From positions 1-64,000 of the forward strand of contig OY729426.1 of the NCBI GenBank assembly GCA_963422365.1: DNA of 64,000 nucleotides, written 5' to 3'. The translations under genes were made by a program, and so were the position numbers. Positions 30,920-45,888 of the stretch are shown in pieces. Numbering within the stretch: the stretch's first letter is position 1; each line of letters begins with the position of its first letter. This DNA is from Nitrospirales bacterium. Its GTDB lineage: Bacteria > Nitrospirota > Nitrospiria > Nitrospirales > UBA8639. The notes below the pieces were generated by a model, which was not told where the DNA came from, made no database searches, and saw only the letters and a list, made by a program, of their open reading frames with translations.

Positions 30920-33900
30920 TCAGGCTCAACGCATACCCGCCGTCGATGGTCGACGTGAACCGGATGTCGCCGTCCGTGCCGTCGCCGTTGGCGTCACTGT
31001 TGACCGTCACGGCCCCGGCTAAGGTCACCGGGCCGGTGAAGGTCACGTTGCCGTCGTCACTGCGGTACGCCCCTGCCAGCGTGAGGCCCGTGCCCGTCAC
31101 CTCCACGTCGCCCGTCGCCGTCACCGCGGCCAGCGACACCGCGCCACCCGTCACCGTGAGGCTCGTTACCGGGGTCGTGCCACCCACCGCCCCGGCCAGC
31201 GTGATCGCGCCGGTATCCGCGTCCAGGCTTAGCGCATACCCCCCGTCGATCGTCGACGTAAACTCAATGGCCCCGTCCGTGCCGTCGCCGTTGGCGTCAC
31301 TGTTGACCGTCACGGCCCCGGCTAAGGTCACCGGGCCGGTGAAGGTCACGTTGCCGTCGTTCGAGAGCACGTTTCCTGCCAGCGTGATGCCCGTGCCCGT
31401 CACCGCCACGGCACCCGTCGCCGTCACCGCGGCCAGCTCCACCGCGCCACCCTTCACCGTGAGGCTCACCACCGGGGTCGTGCCACCCACTGCCCCGGCC
31501 AATGTGATCGCGCCGGTATCCGCATCCAGGCCAAGCGCATACCCGCCGTCGATGGTCGACGTAAACTCAATGTCGCCGGCCGTGCCGTCGGCGTTGGCGT
31601 CACTGTTGACCCACACGAAGTTGGCTAACGTCACCGGGCCGGTGAAGGTCACGTTGCCGTCGTCACTGCGGTACGCCCCTGCCAGCGTGATGCCCGTGGT
31701 GCCCGTCACATCAATGTTGCCCGTCGCCGTCACCTCGGGCAGCGCCACCACCGCGCCCGAGGTCGTCACCGTGAGGCTCGCCACCGGGGTGGTGCCACCC
31801 ACCGCCCCGGCCAGCGTGATCGCGCCGGTATCCGCATCCAGGCTCAACGCATACCCACCGTCGATCGTCGACGTGAACTCAATGGCCCCGTCCGTGCCGT
31901 CGGCGTTGGCGTCACTGTTGACCGTCACGGCCCCGGCTAACGTCACCGGCCCGGTGAAGGTCACGTTGCCGTCGTTACTGCGGTACGCCCCGGCCAGGGT
32001 GAGGCCCGTGCCCGTCACATCAATGTTACCCGTGGCCGTCACCGCGGCCAGCGACACCGCGCCACCCGTCACCGTGAGGCTCGCCACCGCGGTGGTGCCA
32101 CCCACTGCCCCGGCCAGTGTGATCGTGCCGGTATCCGCATCCAGCACCAGCACCTGCCCGCCGTCGATCGTCGACGTGAACCGGATGTCGCCATCCGTGC
32201 CGTCGGCGTTGGCGTCACTGTTGACCCACACGAAGTAGGCTAACGTCACCGGGCCGGTGAAGGTGATGTTGCCGTCGTCACTGCGGTACGCCCCTGCCAG
32301 CGTGATGCCCGCGATACCCCTCACATCAACAGCCCCAGTCGCCGTCACCGCGGCCAGCTCCACCGCGCCACCCCTCACCGTGAGGCTCGCCACCGCGGTG
32401 GTGCCACCCACCGCCCCGGCCAGCGTGATCGCGCCGGTATCCGCATCCAGCACCAGCGCATACCCGCCGTCGATCGTCGACGTGAACCGGATGTCGCCAT
32501 CCGTGCCGTCGGCGTTGGCGTCACTGTTGACCGTCACGGCCCCGGCTAACGTCACCGGGCCGGTGAAGGTCACGTTGCCGTCGCTCGAGAGCACGTTTCC
32601 CGCCAGCGTGATGCCCGTGCCCGTCACCGCAATGTCGCCCGTCGCCGTCACCGCGGCCAGCGCCACCGCGCCCGAGGTCGTCACCGTGAGGCTCGCCACC
32701 TGGGTGGTGCCACCCACCGCCCCGGCCAGCGTGATCGCGCCGGTATCCGCGTCCAGGCTTAGCGCATACCCACCGTCGATGGTCGACGTGAACCGGATGT
32801 CGCCGTCCGTGCCGTCGTAGTTGGCGTCACTGTTGACCGTCACGGCCCCGGCTAACGTCACCGGGCCGGTGAAGGTCACGTTGCCGTCGTTCGAGAGCAC
32901 GTTTCCCGCCAGCGTGATGCCCGTGCCCGTCACCGCCACGGCACCCGTCGCCGTCACCGCGGCCAGCGCCACCGCGCCCGAGGTCGTCACCGTGAGGCTC
33001 GCCACCGCGGTGGTGCCACCCACCACCCCGGCCAGCGTGATCGCGCCGGTATCCGCATCCAGGCTCAACGCATACCCGCCGTCGATCGTCGACGTGAACC
33101 GGATGTCGCCGTCCGTGCCGTCGGCGTTGGCGTCACTGTTGACCGTCACGGCCCCGGCTAACGTCACCGGGCCGGTGAAGATGACGTTACCATCGTCACT
33201 GCGGTACGCCCCCGCCAGCGTGATGCCCGTGGTGCCCGTCACATCAATGTTGCCCGTCGCCGTCACCGCGGCCAGCGACACCGCGCCACCCGCCACCGTG
33301 AGGCTCGCCACCGGGGTAGTGCCACCCGCCGCCCCAGCCAGCGTGACCGCGCCGGTATCCGCGTCCAGCGTCAGCGCCTGCCCACCGTCGATCGTCGACG
33401 CAAACCGGATGTCGCCGTCCGTGCCGTCGCCGTTGGCGTCACTGTTGACCGTCACGGCCCCGGCTAACGTCACCGGGCCGGTGAAGATGACGTTGCCTTC
33501 GTCACTGCGGTACACCCCGGCCAGCGTGATGCCCGTGCCCGTCACCGCCACGGCGCCCGTCGCCGTCACCGCGGCCAGCGACACCGCGCCACCCGTCACC
33601 GTGAGGCTCGCCACCGGGGTGGTGCCACCCACCGCCCCGGCCAGCGTGATCGCGCCGGTATCCGCATCCAGCCTCAACGCATACCCACCGTCGATGGTCG
33701 ACGTAAACTCAATGTCGCCGTCCGTGCTGTCGTCGTCGGCGTCACTGTTGACCGTCACGGCCCCGGCTAACGTCACCGGGCCGGTGAAGGTGATATTGCC
33801 GTCGTCACTGCGGTACGCCCCCGCCAGCGTGATGCCCGTGGTGCCCGTCACATCAATGTTGCCCGTCGCCGTCACCTCGGCCAGCGACACCGCGCCACCC

Positions 33901-36900
33901 GCCACCGTGAGGCTCGTCACCTCTACCGCCCCGGCCAGCGTGATGCCCGTGCCCGTCACCTCCACGTCGCCCGTCGCCGTCACCGCGGCCAGCGACACCG
34001 CGCCACCCGCCACCGTGAGGCTCGTCACCGGGGTGGTGCCACCCACCGCCCCAGCCAATGTGATCGCGCCGGTATCCGCATCCAGGCTCAACGCATACCC
34101 CCCGTCGATGGTCGACGTGAACTCAATGTCGCCGTCCGTGCCGTCGTCGTTGGCGTCACTGTTGACCGTCACGGCCCCGGCTAACGTCACCGGGCCAGTG
34201 AAGGTGATAGTGCCGTCGTCACTGCGGTACATCCCCGCCAGCGTGATGCCCGTGGTGCCCGTCACCGCAATATCGCCCGTCGCTGTCACCGCGGCCAGCG
34301 ACACCGCGCCACCCGTCACCGTGAGGCTCGTTACCTCTACCGCCCCGGCCAGCGTGATGCCCGTGCCCGTCACCTCCATGTCGCCCGTCGCCGTCACCGC
34401 GGCCAGCGACACCGCGCCACCCGCCACCGTGAGGCTCGTCACCGGGGTAGTGTCACCCACCGCCCCGGCCAGCCGGATCGTGCCGGTATCCGCATCCAGC
34501 GTCAGCGCCTGCCCGCCATTGATCGACGACGTGAACTCAATGTCGCCGTCCGTGCCGTCGTCGTTGGCGTCACTGTTGACCGTCACGGCCCCGGCTAACG
34601 TCACCGGGCCGGTGAAGGTGATATTGCCGTCGTCACTGCGGTACGCCCCTTCCAGCGTGATGCCCGTGCCCGTCACATCAATGCTGCCCGTCGCCGTCAC
34701 CGCGGCCAGCGACACCGCGCCACCCGTCACCGTGAGGCTCACCACCGGGATGGTGCCACCCACCGCCCCGGCCAGCGTGATCTCACCGGTATCCGCATCC
34801 AGCGTCAGCGCCTGCCCGCCATTGATCGACGACGTAAACTCAATGTCGCCGTCCGTGCCGTCGTCGTCGGCGTCACTGTCCACCTGCACGGCCCCGGCTA
34901 ACGTCACCGGGCCAGTGAAGGTGATATTGCCATCGTCACTGTTGTACTGCCCTGCCAGCCGGATCGTGCTGCCCGTCACCGCCACGGCGCCCGTCGCCCT
35001 CACCCTGGCCAGCGACACCGCGCCACCCCTCACCGTGAGGCTCGTCACCGGGGTAGCGCCACCCACCGCCCCGGCCAGCGTGATCGCGCCGGTATCCGCG
35101 TCCAGCGTCAGCGCCTGCCCGCCTTCAATGGTCGACGTGAACCGGATGGCCCCGTCCGCACCGCTGTTGTTTTGGTCACTGTTGACCGTCACGGCCCCGG
35201 CTAACGTCACCGGGCCGTCGAAGGTGATGTTGCCGTCGTTCGAGAGCACGTCTCCTGCCAGCCTGATGCCCGCGATCCCCCTCACATCAACAGCCCCAGT
35301 CGCCGTCACCGCGGCCAGCGACACCGCGCGACCCGTCACCGTGAGGCTCGCCACCGCGGTAATGCCACCCACCGCCCCGGCCAGTGCGATCTCGCCGGTA
35401 TCCGCGTCCAGCGTCAGCGCATACCCCCCGTCGATCGTCGACGTGAACCGGACCCCGTCCGTGCTGTCCGGGGCGGCGGCGTCACTGTTGACCGTCACGG
35501 CCCCGGCTAACGTCACCGGGCCGGTGAAGGTGATATTGCCGTCGTCACTGCGGTACGCCCCCGCCAGCGTGAGGCCCGTGCCCGTCACCGCCATGTCGCC
35601 CGTCGCCGTCACCGCAGCCAGCGACACCGCGCCACCCGTCACCGTGAGGCTCACCACCGGGGTGGTGCCACCCACCGCCCCGCCCAGCGTGATCGCGCCG
35701 GTATCCGCGTCCAGCGTCAGCGCATACCCACCGTCGATCGTCGACGTGAACTCAATATCGCCGGCTGTGCCGTCGCCGTCGTCGTCACTGTTGACCGTCA
35801 CGTCCCCGGCTAAGGTCACCGGGCCGGTGAAGGTCACGTTGCCGTCGTCACTGCGGTACGCCCCGGCCAGCCTGATACCCGTGCCCGTCACATCAATGTC
35901 GCCCGTCGCCGTCACCGCGGCCAGCGACACCGCGCCACCCGCCACCGTGAGGCTCGTCACCGGGGTAGTGCCACCCACCGCCCCGGCCAGCCGGATCGCG
36001 CCGGTATCCGAGTCCAGGCCAAGCGCATACCCACCGTCGATCGTCGACGTGAACCGGATGACCCCGGCCGTGCTGTCGTCGTTGGCGTCACTGTTGACCG
36101 TCACGTCCCCGGCTAACGTCACCGGGCCGGTGAAGGTGATGTTGCCGTCGTTACTCTGGTACACACCCGCCAGGGTGATGCCTGTAGCCGTCACCGCCAC
36201 GTCGCCCATCGCCGTCACCGCGGGCAGCACCACCACCGCGCCAGAGGTCGTCACCGTGAGGCTCGCCACCGCGGTAATGCCACCCACCGCCCCGCCCAGC
36301 GTGATCGCGCCGGTATCCGCATCCAAGCTCAGCGCATGCCCGCCGTTGATCGACGACGTGAACTCAATGTCGCCGTCCGTGCCGTCGGCGTCGGCGTCAC
36401 TGTTGACCCGCACAGCCCCGGCTAACGTCACCATGAAGTAGCCGGTGAAGGTAATATTGCCGTCGTCACTCTGGTACACCCCCGCCAGCCTGATGCTCGT
36501 CCCCGTCACATCAATGTCGCCCGTCGCCGCCACCGCGGCCAGCGCCACCGTTTCCCTGGTCACCACTGTGAGGCTCGCCACCGCGGTGGTGCCACCCACC
36601 GCCCCGGCCAGCGTGATCGCGCCGGTATCCGCGTCCAGCGTCAGCGCATACCCACCGTCGATGGTCGATGTAAACTCAATGGCCCCGTCCGTGCTGTCGT
36701 CATTGGCGTCACTGTTGACCGTCACAGCCCCGGCTAACGTCACCGGGCCGGTGAAGGTGATATTGCCATCGTTCGAGAGCACGTCTCCCGCCAGCGTGAT
36801 GCCCGTCCCCGTCACCGCAATGTTGCCCGTCGCCGTCACCGCGACCAGCGACACCGCGCCACCCGCCAGCGTGAGGCTCGTCACAGGGGTAGTGCTACCC

Positions 36901-39239
36901 ACCGCCCCGGCCAGCGTGATCGCGCCGGTATCCGCATCCAGGCTCAGCACATACCCACCGTCGATGGTCGATGTAAACTCAATGTCGCCGTCCGTACTGT
37001 CGTCATTGGCGTCACTGTTGACCCGCACGGCCCCGGCTAACGTCACCGGGCCGGTGAAGGTAATAGTGCCGTCGCTCGAGAACACGTTTCCCGCCAGCGT
37101 GATGCCCGTGCCCGTCACCGCAATGTCGCCCGTCGCCGCCACCGCGGCCAGCGACACCGCACCACCCGTCACCGTGAGGCTCGTTACCGGGGTAGTGCCA
37201 CCCACCGCCCTGGCCAGCGTGATCGCGCCGGTATCCGCGTCCAGCGTCAGCGCATACCCACCGTCGATGGTCGACGTAAACTCAATGTCGCCGTCCGTGC
37301 TGTCGTCATTGGCGTCACTGTTGACCGTCACGGCCCCGGCTAACGTCACCGGGCCAGTGAAGGTGATGTGGCCGTCGTTCGAGAGCACGTCTCCCGCCAG
37401 CGTGATGCCCATGCCCCTCACATCAATGTTGCGCGTCGCCCTCACCGCCGCCAGCGACACCGCACCACCCCTCACCACCTTCAGGCTCGTCACCGGGGTC
37501 GTACCACCCACCGTCCCGGCCAGCGTGATCGCGCCGTCATCCGCGTCCAGGCCCAGCACATACCCGCCGTTGATGGTCGACGTGAACTCAATATCGCCGT
37601 CCGTGTCGTCGTTGTCGGCGTTACTGTCCACCCACACGAAGTTGGCTAACGTCACCGGGCCGGTGAAGGTGATGTTGCCGTCGTTCGAGAACACGTTTCC
37701 CGCCAGCGTGATGCCCGTGCCCGTCACCGCAATGTCGCCCGTCGCCGACACCGCGGGCAGCGACACCGCGCCCCGGGTCGCCACCTTCAGGCTCGTCACC
37801 GGGGTGGTGCCACCCACCGCGCCGACCAGCGTGATCGCGCCGGTATCCGCGTCCAGGCTTAGCGCATACCCGCCGTCGATGGTCGACGTGAACTCAATAT
37901 CGCCGTCCGTGCCGTCGTCGTCGGCGTCACTGTCCACCCGCACGTCCCCGGCTAACGTCACCGGGCCGGTGAAGGTGATGTCGTCGCCGTCGTCACTCTG
38001 GTACGCCCCCGCCAGCGTGATCGTGCCGCCCCTCACATCAATGTTGCCTATCACCGTCACCGCGGGCAGCGACACCGCGCCCCGGGTCGCCACCTTCAGG
38101 CTCGTCACCGGGGTGGTGCCACCCACCGCGCCGACCAGCGTGATCGCGCCGGTATCCGCATCCAAGCTCAGCGCATGCCCGCCGTTGATCGACGACGTGA
38201 ACTCAATGGCCCCGTCCGTGCCGTCGTTGTCGGCGTCACTGTCCACCCGCACGGCCCAGTCTAACGTCACCGGGCCGGTGAAGGTCACGTTGCCGTCATC
38301 ACTGCGGTAATTCCTGCCCAGCGTGATGCCCCTGCCCCTCACATCAATGTTGCCCGTCGCCTTCACCGAGGAGGACAGCGCCACCGCGCCACCTGTCACC
38401 GTGAGGCTCGTCACCGCGGTGGTGCCACCCACCGTCCTGTCCAGCGTGATCGCGCCGGTATCCGCATCCAGCGTCAGCGCCTGCCCGCCGTCAATGGTCG
38501 ACGTGAACCGGATGGCCCCGTCCGCACCGCTGTTGTTTTGGTCACTGTTGACCGTCACGGCCCCGGCTAACGTCACCGGGCCAGTGAAGGTGATGTTGCC
38601 GTCGTTCGAGAGCACGTTTCCTGCCAGCGTGATGCCCGTGCCGCCCTTCACCTCAATGTTGCCCGTGGCCGTCACCGCGGCCAGCGACACCGAGACACCC
38701 CTCACCGCCACGCCCCCCGTGGCCGTCACCGCGGCCAGCGACACCGAGACACCCCTCACCGTGAGGCTCGTCACCGGGGTGGTGCCACCCACCGCCCCGG
38801 CCAGTGTGATCGTGCCGTCATCCGCCTCCAGCGTCAGATCGCGCCCGCCGTCGATGGTCGACGTGAACCGGATGTTACCATCCGTGACGTCGTTGTCGGC
38901 GTCACTGTTCACCCACACGGACCAGTCTAACGTCACCGGGCCGGTGAAGGTGATAGTGCCGTCGTTACTGCGGTACACCCCTTCCAGCGTGATGCCCGTG
39001 GTGCCCGTCACATCAATGTTGCCCGTCGCCCTCACCGCGACCAGCGACACCACACCACCCCTCACCGTGAGGCTCGCCACCAGGGCGGTACTACCCACCA
39101 CCTCGTCCAGCGTGATCGCGCCGGTATCCGCGTCCAGCGTCAGCGCATACGCACCGTCGATGGTCGACGTGAACTCAATGTCGCCGGCCGTGCCGTCGGC
39201 GTCGGCGTCACTGTCCACCCGCACGGCCCCGGCTAACGT

Positions 39240-42200
39240 CACCGGGCCGGTAAAGGTGATGTTGCCGTCGTCACTGCGGTACGCCCCCGCCAGCGTGATG
39301 CCCGTGCCCGTCACCGCCACGGCCCCCGTCGCCGACACCGCGGCCAGCGCCACCGCGCCCGAGGTCGTCACCGTGAGGCTCGCCACCGGGGTGCCACCCA
39401 CCGCCCCGGCCAGTGTGATCGCGCCGGTATCCGCGTCCAGGCTCAGCGCATACGCACCGTTGATGGTCGACGTGAACCGGATGTTACCATCCGCACCGCT
39501 GTCGTTTTGGTCACTGTTGACCGTCACGGCCCCGGCTAACGTCACCGGGCCGGTAAAGGTGATGTTGCCGTCGTCACTGCGGTACGCCCCCGCCAGCGTG
39601 ATGCCCGTGCCCGTCACCGCAATGTCGCCCGTCGCCGTCACCGCGGCCAGCGACACCGCGCCACCCGTCACCGTGAGGCTCGCCACCGGGGTGCCACCCA
39701 CCGCCCCGGCCAGTGTGATCGCGCCGGTATCCGCGTCCAGGCTCAGCGCATACGCACCGTTGATGGTCGACGTGAACCGGATGGCCCCGGCTGTGCCGCT
39801 GTCGTTTTGGTCACTGTTGACCGTCACGGCCCCGGCTAACGTCACCGGGCCGGTAAAGGTGATGTTGCCGTCGTCACTGCGGTACGCCCCCGCCAGCGTG
39901 ATGCCCGCGCTAGCCGTCACCGCCACGGCCCCCGTCGCCGACACCTCGGGCAGCACCACCCCCGCCGAGCCCGAGGTCGTCACCGTGAGGCTCGCCACCG
40001 GGGTGCCACCCACCGCCCCGGCCAGTGTGATCGCGCCGGTATCCGCGTCCAGGCTCAGCGCATACGCACCGTTGATGGTCGACGTGAACCGGATGGCCCC
40101 GTCCGCACCGCTGTCGTTTTGGTCACTGTTGACCGTCACGGCCCCGGCTAACGTCACCGGGCCGGTAAAGGTGATGTTGCCGTCGTCACTGCGGTACGCC
40201 CCCGCCAGCGTGATGCCCGTGCCCGTCACCGCAATGTTGCCCGTCGCCGTCACCGCGGCCAGCGACACCGCGCCCGAGGTCGTCACCGTGAGGCTCGCCA
40301 CCGGGGTGCCACCCACCGCCCCGGCCAGTGTGATCGCGCCGGTATCCGCGTCCAGGCTCAGCGCATACGCACCGTTGATGGTCGACGTGAACCGGATGGC
40401 CCCGTCCGCACCGCTGTCGTTTTGGTCACTGTTGACCGTCACGGCCCCGGCTAACGTCACCGGGCCGGTAAAGGTGATGTTGCCGTCGTCACTGCGGTAC
40501 GCCCCCGCCAGCGTGATGCCCGTGCCCGTCACCGCAATGTTGCCCGTCGCCGTCACCGCGGCCAGCGACACCGCGCCCGAGGTCGTCACCGTGAGGCTCG
40601 CCACCGGGGTGCCACCCACCGCCCCGGCCAGTGTGATCGCGCCGGTATCCGCGTCCAGGCTCAGCGCATACGCACCGTTGATGGTCGACGTGAACCGGAT
40701 GTTACCATCCGCACCGCTGTCGTTTTGGTCACTGTTGACCGTCACGGCCCCGGCTAACGTCACCGGGCCGGTAAAGGTGATGTTGCCGTCGTCACTGCGG
40801 TACGCCCCCGCCAGCGTGATGCCCGTGCCCGTCACCGCAATGTCGCCCGTCGCCGTCACCGCGGCCAGCGACACCGCGCCACCCGTCACCGTGAGGCTCG
40901 CCACCGGGGTGCCACCCACCGCCCCGGCCAGTGTGATCGCGCCGGTATCCGCGTCCAGGCTCAGCGCATACGCACCGTTGATGGTCGACGTGAACCGGAT
41001 GGCCCCGGCTGTGCCGCTGTCGTTTTGGTCACTGTTGACCGTCACGGCCCCGGCTAACGTCACCGGGCCGGTAAAGGTGATGTTGCCGTCGTCACTGCGG
41101 TACGCCCCCGCCAGCGTGATGCCCGTGCCCGTCACCGCAATGTTGCCCGTCGCCGTCACCGCGGCCAGCGACACCGCGCCCGAGGTCGTCACCGTGAGGC
41201 TCGCCACCGGGGTACCACCCACCGCCCCGGCCAGTGTGATCGCGCCGGTATCCGCGTCCAGGCTCAGCGCATACGCACCGTTGATGGTCGACGTGAACCG
41301 GATGTTACCATCCGCACCGCTGTCGTTTTGGTCACTGTTGACCGTCACGGCCCCGGCTAACGTCACCGGGCCGGTAAAGGTGATGTTGCCGTCGTCACTG
41401 CGGTACGCCCCCGCCAGCGTGATGCCCGTGCCCGTCACCGCAATGTCGCCCGTCGCCGTCACCGCGGCCAGCGACACCGCGCCACCCGTGAGACCGTGAG
41501 GCTCGCCACCGGGGTGCCACCCACCGCCCCGGCCAGTGTGATCGCGCCGGTATCCGCGTCCAGGCTCAGCGCATACGCACCGTTGATGGTCGACGTGAAC
41601 CGGATGGCCCCGGCTGTGCCGCTGTCGTTTTGGTCACTGTTGACCGTCACGGCCCCGGCTAACGTCACCGGGCCGGTAAAGGTGATGTTGCCGTCGTCAC
41701 TGCGGTACGCCCCCGCCAGCGTGATGCCCGTGCCCGTCACCGCAATGTTGCCCGTCGCCGTCACCGCGGCCAGCGACACCGCGCCACCCGTCACCGTGAG
41801 GCTCGCCACCGGGGTACCACCCACCGCCCCGGCCAGTGTGATCGCGCCGGTATCCGCGTCCAGGCTCAGCGCATACGCACCGTTGATGGTCGACGTGAAC
41901 CGGATGTTACCATCCGCACCGCTGTCGTTTTGGTCACTGTTGACCGTCACGGCCCCGGCTAACGTCACCGGGCCGGTAAAGGTGATGTTGCCGTCGTCAC
42001 TGCGGTACGCCCCCGCCAGCGTGATGCCCGTGCCCGTCACCGCAATGTCGCCCGTCGCCGTCACCGCGGCCAGCGACACCGCGCCACCCGTCACCGTGAG
42101 GCTCGCCACCGGGGTGCCACCCACCGCCCCGGCCAGTGTGATCGCGCCGGTATCCGCGTCCAGGCTCAGCGTCTGCCCGCCGTCAATGGTCGACGTGAAC

Positions 42201-42895
42201 CGGATGGCCCCGGCTGTGCCGCTGTCGTTTTGGTCACTGTTGACCGTCACGGCCCCGGCTAACGTCACCGGGCCGGTAAAGGTGATGTTGCCGTCGTCAC
42301 TGCGGTACGCCCCCGCCAGCGTGATGCCCGTGCCCGTCACCGCAATGTTGCCCGTCGCCGTCACCGCGGCCAGCGACACCGCGCCACCCGTCACCGTGAG
42401 GCTCGCCACCGGGGTACCACCCACCGCCCCGGCCAGTGTGATCGCGCCGGTATCCGCGTCCAGGCTCAGCGCATACGCACCGTTGATGGTCGACGTGAAC
42501 CGGATGTTACCATCCGCACCGCTGTCGTTTTGGTCACTGTTGACCGTCACGGCCCCGGCTAACGTCACCGGGCCGGTAAAGGTGATGTTGCCGTCGTCAC
42601 TGCGGTACGCCCCCGCCAGCGTGATGCCCGTGCCCGTCACCGCAATGTCGCCCGTCGCCGTCACCGCGGCCAGCGACACCGCGCCACCCGTCACCGTGAG
42701 GCTCGCCACCGGGGTGCCACCCACCGCCCCGGCCAGTGTGATCGCGCCGGTATCCGCGTCCAGGCTCAGCGTCTGCCCGCCGTCAATGGTCGACGTGAAC
42801 CGGATGGCCCCGGCTGTGCCGCTGTCGTTTTGGTCACTGTTGACCGTCACGGCCCCGGCTAACGTCACCGGGCCGGTAAAGGTGATGTTGCCGTC
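39240..42895. repeat. Block of 12 near-identical 300/303-bp units (NSDQNDSG type) in tpsA2
   Basis: Sequence lines recur almost exactly at 300- and 600-bp offsets, e.g. 41641/41941/42241/42541/42841. Confidence 0.92.
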
Positions 42896-45888
42896 GTTCG
42901 AGAGCACGTTTCCCGCCAGGGTGATGCCCGTGCCCCTCACATCAATGTTGCCCGTCGCCGCCACTGCGACCAGCGACACCGCGCCACCCAACACCGTGAG
43001 GCTCGTCACCGGGGTAGTGTCACCCACCGCCCCGTCCAGCGTGATCGCGCCGGTATCCGCGTCCAGGCTCAGCGCCTGCCCGCCGTCGATGGTCGACGTG
43101 AACTCAATGTCGCCGGCCGTGCCGTCGCCGTCGTCGTCACTACTGACGTACACTTCCCCAGCTAACGTCACCGGGCCGGTGAAGGTGATGTTACCATCGT
43201 CACTGCTGTATGCCCCTGCCAGCGTGATACCCCTAGCCGTCACCGCCACGGCCCCCGTCGCCGACACCGCGGGCAGCACCACCACCGCGCCCGAGGTTGT
43301 CACCGTGAGGCTCGCCACCGGGGTGGTGCCACCCACCTCCCCGCCCAGCGTGATCGCGCCGGTATCCGCGTCCAACTCCAGCGCCTGCCCGCCGTCGATG
43401 GTCGACGTGAACTCAATGGCCCCGTCCGTGTTGTCGTCGTCGGCGTCACTGTCCACCCGCACGTCCCAGCGTAACGTCACCGGGCCGGTGAAGGTCACGT
43501 TGCCGTCGTTCGAGAGCACGTCCCCTGCCAGCGTGATGCCCGTGCCCGTCACCGCCACGGCCCCCGTCGCCGACACCGCGACCAGCGACACCGCGCCACC
43601 CGTCACCGTGAGGCTCGTCACCTCTGTCGTCCTGACACCCACCGCCCCGTCCAGCGTGATCGCGCCGGTATCCGCGTCCAGCGTCAGCGCCTGCCCGCCG
43701 TCGATGGTCGACGTGAACTCAATGGCCCCGTCCGTGTTGTCGTCGTCGGCGTCACTGTCCACCCGCACGTCCCCGGTTAACGTCACCGGGCCGGTGAAGG
43801 TGATGTTGCCGTCGCTCGTTGCAATGTCTGCGGCCAGCGTGATTGTGCCGCTGGAATTCACAACAAGTGATGCACTGCCGCCAATGCTCAGCGATTCGCC
43901 TACTGTGATAGCGGACGCCACAATCGAACTGCCGGCCTGGCCGGTACCGGTCGGGCCTGTGGTCGCTGTGCCGATGATGATGGACCCGGAAGTGACAAAC
44001 CTCCCTATTTCCGCATTGCTGAGATTGCCAGCCCCAGCAGAAATTGTCATCAGGACGGATTGGGACGGCGCCACATGTATGTCTCCCGTTCCGGCGTCTA
44101 TGCTACTGGCGAGGTCAATCGCGAACCCGGCGCCAATCAGCGTGACGTCGCCGTTGTTGGAGGTAATGGAACCACTGCTGCCAATCGTCAGTGTTCCGAT
44201 GCCGTCGTTATTACCTGACCTCGGCGAGTCCGCTTCAAATATAAAATTGTGTGCGCCGTTGGTGCCGGTAATGGCAGCATTGATTGTCAGATGACGCCCT
44301 GCCTGCAGGCTCAGGGTGCTGCTTGAACTACCGCTCCTGTCGATAGGAGAACTGACTGTCATGTCCCGCTGCGCTTGAAGGGTGACATCTCCATCGATGG
44401 CTTCGAATGCCACAGGCTGAATGTTATAATCGTTGCTATCGGAGCCGAAACTGATCTCGCCGTCGGCGGACACCTCATTGTTATTGGTTCCATCCCCATC
44501 GGAAATGGTGATATCCCTCGGGTCCAGGAGCAACTCGCCGGCTGAGCCGCCTGGCGCACGCAGATCGACCGCGGCTGCGGCAAATTGCAGATGACGCTTG
44601 CCCGATACTTCCGCAAAACCGCCATCGCCGGAATGGGTGCCACCGCGAGCGGAAATGCTCCCCAAAAAGCGAGTTACCCGTTCCGACCAAACGATGACTT
44701 TGCCCCCGTTGCCGGTGCCGGTGGCGTCGGCCCGGATTGTCACGTCGCCGCCAACCGTGGCGTATTCGGCGTTGCGCTCCGGTCCCTTGCCCTGGAAATT
44801 GCCGCCAATCAGGGTCGTGCCGCCGCCAGAATGCCCGGACGCATCGATCTTGGCCTGCTCAACGACGCCGACTTTCTCGCCCAGCACTTTCACGCTGCCA
44901 CCGGTCTCACCTCGCCCCTTGCCGGAAGCGTCCAGCTTGCCGGCGACCCGGACGATGCCCTCGCCATTGCCCAGCAGTTGAATGTGGCCGTTGCGCATTC
45001 CCACTGAGCGCGCTTCGACGATGCCGTCCATGTTGATGACGCGGTCAACCACGTCCTTCGCCGCACTGGCTGCCAGCCACACGGCTCCGCCGTCGGCATT
45101 GATCGTGCCGCTGTTGTCAACCAGCGCTGCCAGAGGGGCTCCATCGGGGGCCGTCAGGCGCTCGGCCACGCGGTCATCAACCCTGAGCCGGATCAAGCTG
45201 TCGCCGTGGAGATCAAACGTGAAGGCATTGCCCGAAGCCAGCGCAACACGACCGAGCCGGGCGCGAATCACCCCGCTGTTCTCGACGCCGGGTGCCACCA
45301 GCGCTACCAAGCCGCCTTCGGCTGCGGTGATCCTGCCGCGGTTGACGACCGTCCCGCCAGGATTATGGTTGATAGCAAAGTTGAAACGACCGGCCATGAA
45401 GTCTTCATTGCGGATATCGATCGTTGTCGCGACCAGGCCGGCGACGTCCACCACGGCGGTTTTGCCGAACAGGATGCCATTCGGGTTGAGCAGCATGACC
45501 CGGCCGTTGGCGGTCAGCTTCCCGAGAAGATTGGAGTACGAATCGCCCCTGACCCGGTTCAGCGTCATCGAAGAAGCGGACGGCTGCCGAAAGTGGGTAT
45601 GCTCGTCCACGTCAATCGAGAACGAACGCCAATCGATGACGGCGTTGGCGGAGCGCTGGTTGATATCAAGACGATTGGGCGTGGACTGTACGATGTCAGC
45701 CCCGCCGGCAATCACCTTGCCGTCCTTCGGCATTGCCTGCACCAGCCCGCCGGCCGTCAGCACCCCGCAAGACAGGGCCAACAGCAGTACGAGAAATGTC
45801 AATCGCCGACCAGAGATTCCATGATGGGCCTCGCTGATTCGCTCCGCAACATTAGGGAAAGCCGTCATAGACCAATCTCCCTCTTCAG

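Larger units (their letters stand above)
27216..45868 (-). pseudogene. Giant TpsA exoprotein copy 2 (~6216 aa if repaired), frameshifted at 41490-41492
   Basis: ORFs 41459-45868 and 27216-41477 are the two halves of one gene. The consensus cccgtcaccgtgagg reads cccgtgagaccgtgagg at the break, a net +2 nt. There are 51 repeats by manual count. The break may be an assembly artefact. Confidence 0.85.
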
